A stretch of 64,000 nucleotides of DNA from positions 14,432-78,431 of the forward strand of contig CAYJPX010000004.1 of assembly GCA_964372195.1 (NCBI GenBank), written 5' to 3'. Below, piece after piece: positions 61,187-64,000 of the stretch. This DNA comes from an uncultured Phycisphaeraceae bacterium. Lineage in GTDB: Bacteria > Planctomycetota > Phycisphaerae > Phycisphaerales > UBA1924. The first letter of the stretch is position 1. Every line of letters starts with the position of its first letter. The position numbers and the translations under genes are program-made. The notes beneath the pieces are model-generated. The model saw only the letters and a program-made list of their open reading frames with translations. It ran no database searches and was not told the origin of the DNA.

Positions 61187-62254
61187 ATGTTCCAGCAGAC
61201 CGGGAATCGGGATCGCAGGCAGCGCACACTCGCCTGGGGCGTCGTGTGCAGCGCCCTGCTCACCGCGTCGGTGGGGGCCCAGCAGGTCACCACGACCATC
61301 CAAACCGTCCAGCCCTCATCCCGGGGAGGGCTGCTCGGACAGCCCGCGGTGTTGCCCAATGTGCTCGGGTGGAACCGCTCGCTGCCCATCGAGCGGCAGA
61401 TCACCCTGCCCGGGTTGCCCGCGGGCACGCCGACGGTGTACCAGCCGGGGACGGTCGGCATCCCGGCTGTCGTGGGCGGGCGGCACTATTACTACGATGA
61501 CGGGGTGCGGGTCGATGGCTCGTACGACGGCGACGACCTGAGGCTCAGGTTCCACCTCGGGACCGGGGCGGACCTGCTCCGCCGCGGGCGGTACTCCTAC
61601 TACCCGGTGGGGTACACCAACCGGGGCTACTACTACCGTGATGGGCGGCTCTGCTACGACCCGAGCTGGTACTACTACCGCACGGGTGTGTCGCTCTCGA
61701 CCGGGCCGATCGACGGCGTGCTGACCACCCGGGTGGACAACTCGCTGCGCTCCACGCCGGTCGCCGCGCAGCCGCCGGCGCCACTCCCCGAGGTCGAGTT
61801 GACCGCGATCGAGCGGGCACGCCTGCTCATGGCCGCCGACGAGGTCGACGACGCGATCGAGTCGTTCCGCGACCACCTGGACGAGGACCCGGAGGATGTC
61901 GAGGCGATGCGTGACCTGGGCGTGGCGCTGGTCGAGGCCGGCCGCACCGAGGACGGCGTCGCCGCGATCGCCCTGGCGTACCGCACCGACCCACTGCTCG
62001 CCCGCTCGGTGTTCGATCTCGCGGGCCTGGGCCTCGAGGGGCGGCGGTACGACAACCTGCTCTCCCGCGTGCTGCTGCTCGCCCGCAAGGTTGATTCGGG
62101 CTCGGCCCACCTGGCGGGGGCGATGCTGCTGCAGGCCGACGGCAAGGTGGCGGGCGCGGCCCGGGTGCTCGATCGGGCCGAGCGCGCGGGGTTGGGCGAC
62201 GAGGTCGTAGGCCCGCTCCGCAGGGAGTTGGGAATCCCGGCACAGAAGCCCTGA
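61187..62254 (+). CDS. Secreted protein with a Tyr/Gly/Arg-rich middle region and a TPR-like C-terminal domain
   Basis: AAGGAGG Shine-Dalgarno and a signal peptide. YYYDD/YYYRDG/WYYYR repeats, and C-terminal helical repeats (DDAIESFRDHLDEDPEDVEAMRDLGVALVEAGR). Confidence 0.55.
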   Translation: MFQQTGNRDRRQRTLAWGVVCSALLTASVGAQQVTTTIQTVQPSSRGGLLGQPAVLPNVLGWNRSLPIERQITLPGLPAGTPTVYQPGTVGIPAVVGGRHYYYDDGVRVDGSYDGDDLRLRFHLGTGADLLRRGRYSYYPVGYTNRGYYYRDGRLCYDPSWYYYRTGVSLSTGPIDGVLTTRVDNSLRSTPVAAQPPAPLPEVELTAIERARLLMAADEVDDAIESFRDHLDEDPEDVEAMRDLGVALVEAGRTEDGVAAIALAYRTDPLLARSVFDLAGLGLEGRRYDNLLSRVLLLARKVDSGSAHLAGAMLLQADGKVAGAARVLDRAERAGLGDEVVGPLRRELGIPAQKP

Positions 62255-62526
62255 CAGGGCGGGCGGCGCGCCGCCTGGGGGTTGATCCCGCTCGAACCGA
62301 GAGGGTGCGTCATCGCCGACGCCAGGCAAATGTTCGGCTATCGGTCTGCCCGGGCATCGTCGTTGGGGTGCTTGCCAAGCCGCCGGGCGCGCCTAGTGTT
62401 CGAGCCCTGCGCGGTGTGCGTGGGGAGACAACGGGAACCGTAAGCACCACCAAGCCGACCGTCACCCTTGGCCGGGCCGGTCTGACCGGGGTTCAACCCC
62501 GGGGCAAGCGTGGGAGGTGGAGACCG

Positions 62527-62955
62527 ATGGCCAAGAAAGAAATTGTCAAGCAGTTCAAGCTGATGGCCCCGGGTGGGACCGCGACGCCCGCGCCGCCGTT
62601 GGGACCGGTGCTGGGCGCCAACCAGGTGAACCCCGGGCAGTTCATCCAGCAGTTCAACGCCGCCACGGGTCACCTGAACGGCAAGCTGGTGGGCGTGATC
62701 GTGACGACCTTCTCCGACCGCTCGTTCAGCTTCGAGATCAAGAGCTCGCCCGCGTCGGTCCTCATCAAGGAGGCCGCCGGCGTGGAGAAGGGCTCGGGCG
62801 TGCCCAACAAGGACAAGGTCGGGAAGATCAACAGCGACCAGGTCCGGAAGATCGCGCAGGAGAAGATGGCCGACCTCAACGCCGGGAGCGTCGAGGCCGC
62901 CATGCGGATCATCGCAGGCACCGCCCGTTCCATGGGCATTCTGGTGGAGGGCTGA
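62527..62955 (+). CDS. rplK: 50S ribosomal protein L11
   Basis: [30 protein letters not shown]... Confidence 0.97.
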   Translation: MAKKEIVKQFKLMAPGGTATPAPPLGPVLGANQVNPGQFIQQFNAATGHLNGKLVGVIVTTFSDRSFSFEIKSSPASVLIKEAAGVEKGSGVPNKDKVGKINSDQVRKIAQEKMADLNAGSVEAAMRIIAGTARSMGILVEG

Positions 62956-62958
62956 TCC

Positions 62959-63657
62959 ATGGCGACCAAGTTCAGCAAGCGTGCGAAGGCCAACGAGGCT
63001 CTCGTCCCGACCGGCGCGATGACGGCCGCCGAGGCGATCGCCGCGATCAAGCGGTTCAAGGGCCCCAAGTTCGACCAGACCGTCGAGGTCGCGATGTTCC
63101 TCGGCCTTGACACCCGCCAGGCCGACCAGAACCTGCGGGGTTCGGTCAGCCTGCCCAACGGGATCGGCAAGGCCAAGCGGGTGGTGGCGTTCTGCGGCAG
63201 CGATATCGCGAAGGCCGCGATGGAGGCCGGGGCGATCAAGGCCGGCGCCGAGGAACTCGTCGACGAGATCGCGGCGGGGTGGATGGACTTCGATGTCGCG
63301 GTGGCCAGCCCGGACATGATGCGGGTGGCGTCGAAGCTGGGCAAGGTGCTCGGGCCCAAGGGGCTGATGCCCTCGCCCAAGAACGGCACCGTGACGCCCC
63401 GCGTGGTCGAGGCTGTCAGGGAGTTCGCCGCCGGCAAGGTCGAGTTCCGGGCCGACAAGGCCGGCAATATCCACGCGGTGATCGGCAAGATGAGCTTCGC
63501 CGACAAGCACCTGGTGGAGAACCTCGAGCATTTCATCACGACCATCGAGAAGGCCAAGCCCTCGACGGTGAGGGGTGTGTACATCAAGAAGATCGCTGTG
63601 AGCGGCACGATGACGCCCGGCGTGCTGGTCGCCTACTCCAACGCGGTGACCGCGTAG
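62959..63657 (+). CDS. rplA: 50S ribosomal protein L1
   Basis: [41 protein letters not shown]. Confidence 0.97.
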   Translation: MATKFSKRAKANEALVPTGAMTAAEAIAAIKRFKGPKFDQTVEVAMFLGLDTRQADQNLRGSVSLPNGIGKAKRVVAFCGSDIAKAAMEAGAIKAGAEELVDEIAAGWMDFDVAVASPDMMRVASKLGKVLGPKGLMPSPKNGTVTPRVVEAVREFAAGKVEFRADKAGNIHAVIGKMSFADKHLVENLEHFITTIEKAKPSTVRGVYIKKIAVSGTMTPGVLVAYSNAVTA

Positions 63658-63676
63658 AGCCACGGGAGCAAACGCC

Positions 63677-64000
63677 ATGTCGAAAACAGTCAAGCAGATG
63701 ATCCTCCACGACTACGCCGACCGCTTCGGTGAGGAATCCGATGTCGCGGTGATCAGCATCCGGGGTGTCGGCGCCAACGACAACAACGCCCTGCGATCAA
63801 GCCTCCGCACCAAGGACATCAAGGTCACCGTCATCCGAAACTCGCTGGCCAAGCGGCAGTTCGCCGGGGGCGCCCTCGAGGGGTTGGCCCCGCTGCTCAC
63901 CGGTCCCTCGGCGCTCGCCTACGGCGGGGCGTCGGTGGTCGAGGTCGCCCGCGAGCTGGTCGAGCTGGTCAAGAAGTTCCCCGAGCTCCAGCTCAGGGGA
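63677..64000 (+). CDS. rplJ: 50S ribosomal protein L10 (partial, runs off the window end)
   Basis: An ATG at 63677 gives MSKTVKQMILHDYADRF...VIRNSLAKRQF, and the gene sits after rplK-rplA. Confidence 0.9.
   Translation, partial: MSKTVKQMILHDYADRFGEESDVAVISIRGVGANDNNALRSSLRTKDIKVTVIRNSLAKRQFAGGALEGLAPLLTGPSALAYGGASVVEVARELVELVKKFPELQLRG

Noticed and set aside
62380-62440. A tRNA-like GTTCGAGCC (T-loop-like) sequence upstream of rplK.
   Set aside because: No acceptor stem, D-arm or anticodon arm can be drawn around it, so it is an isolated chance match.

Overview
This is a very high-GC (about 70% by eye) bacterial chromosomal segment. It is most likely from a Planctomycetota (Phycisphaerae-like) organism. 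That placement is an inference from PEP-CTERM-type anchors with VPLP/IPLP motifs, a prepilin-type N-methylation protein of the planctomycete kind, CxxC-GY..L...CPECG zinc-ribbon membrane proteins and a GldA/F/G-like ABC module.

Most of the window is core metabolism and information processing: mutS, copA, dnaK, rpiA, tsaC/sua5, fahA, acnA, ogt, ltaE, mraZ and rplK-rplA-rplJ. There is also a small amino-sugar/glycan utilisation set (GH95, GHL10, long-form nagB, a Gfo/Idh/MocA oxidoreductase).

The ORF track is dominated by Arg/Pro/Gly-rich shadow ORFs typical of high-GC DNA. I called only frames with recognisable family motifs or coherent signal peptide, lipobox or transmembrane architecture.

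Accessory and unusual content:
1. A complete IS5-family element with terminal inverted repeats, landed exactly on a stop codon.
2. The most interesting item: a REP-associated tyrosine transposase (RAYT) module bounded by GTAG-initiated inverted repeats. It sits in-frame inside the rdgB (dITP/XTP pyrophosphatase) reading frame, and related palindromic elements occur in-frame in the neighbouring kinase gene and in two intergenic regions.
3. A lower-GC islet downstream of acnA encoding a PARP/DUF3990-like putative ADP-ribosyltransferase-fold protein, with a small overlapping basic ORF.
4. A near-perfect sigma-54 promoter in front of dnaK.
5. A low-GC heptanucleotide tandem array upstream of copA.

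No rRNA, tRNA or CRISPR array was found.
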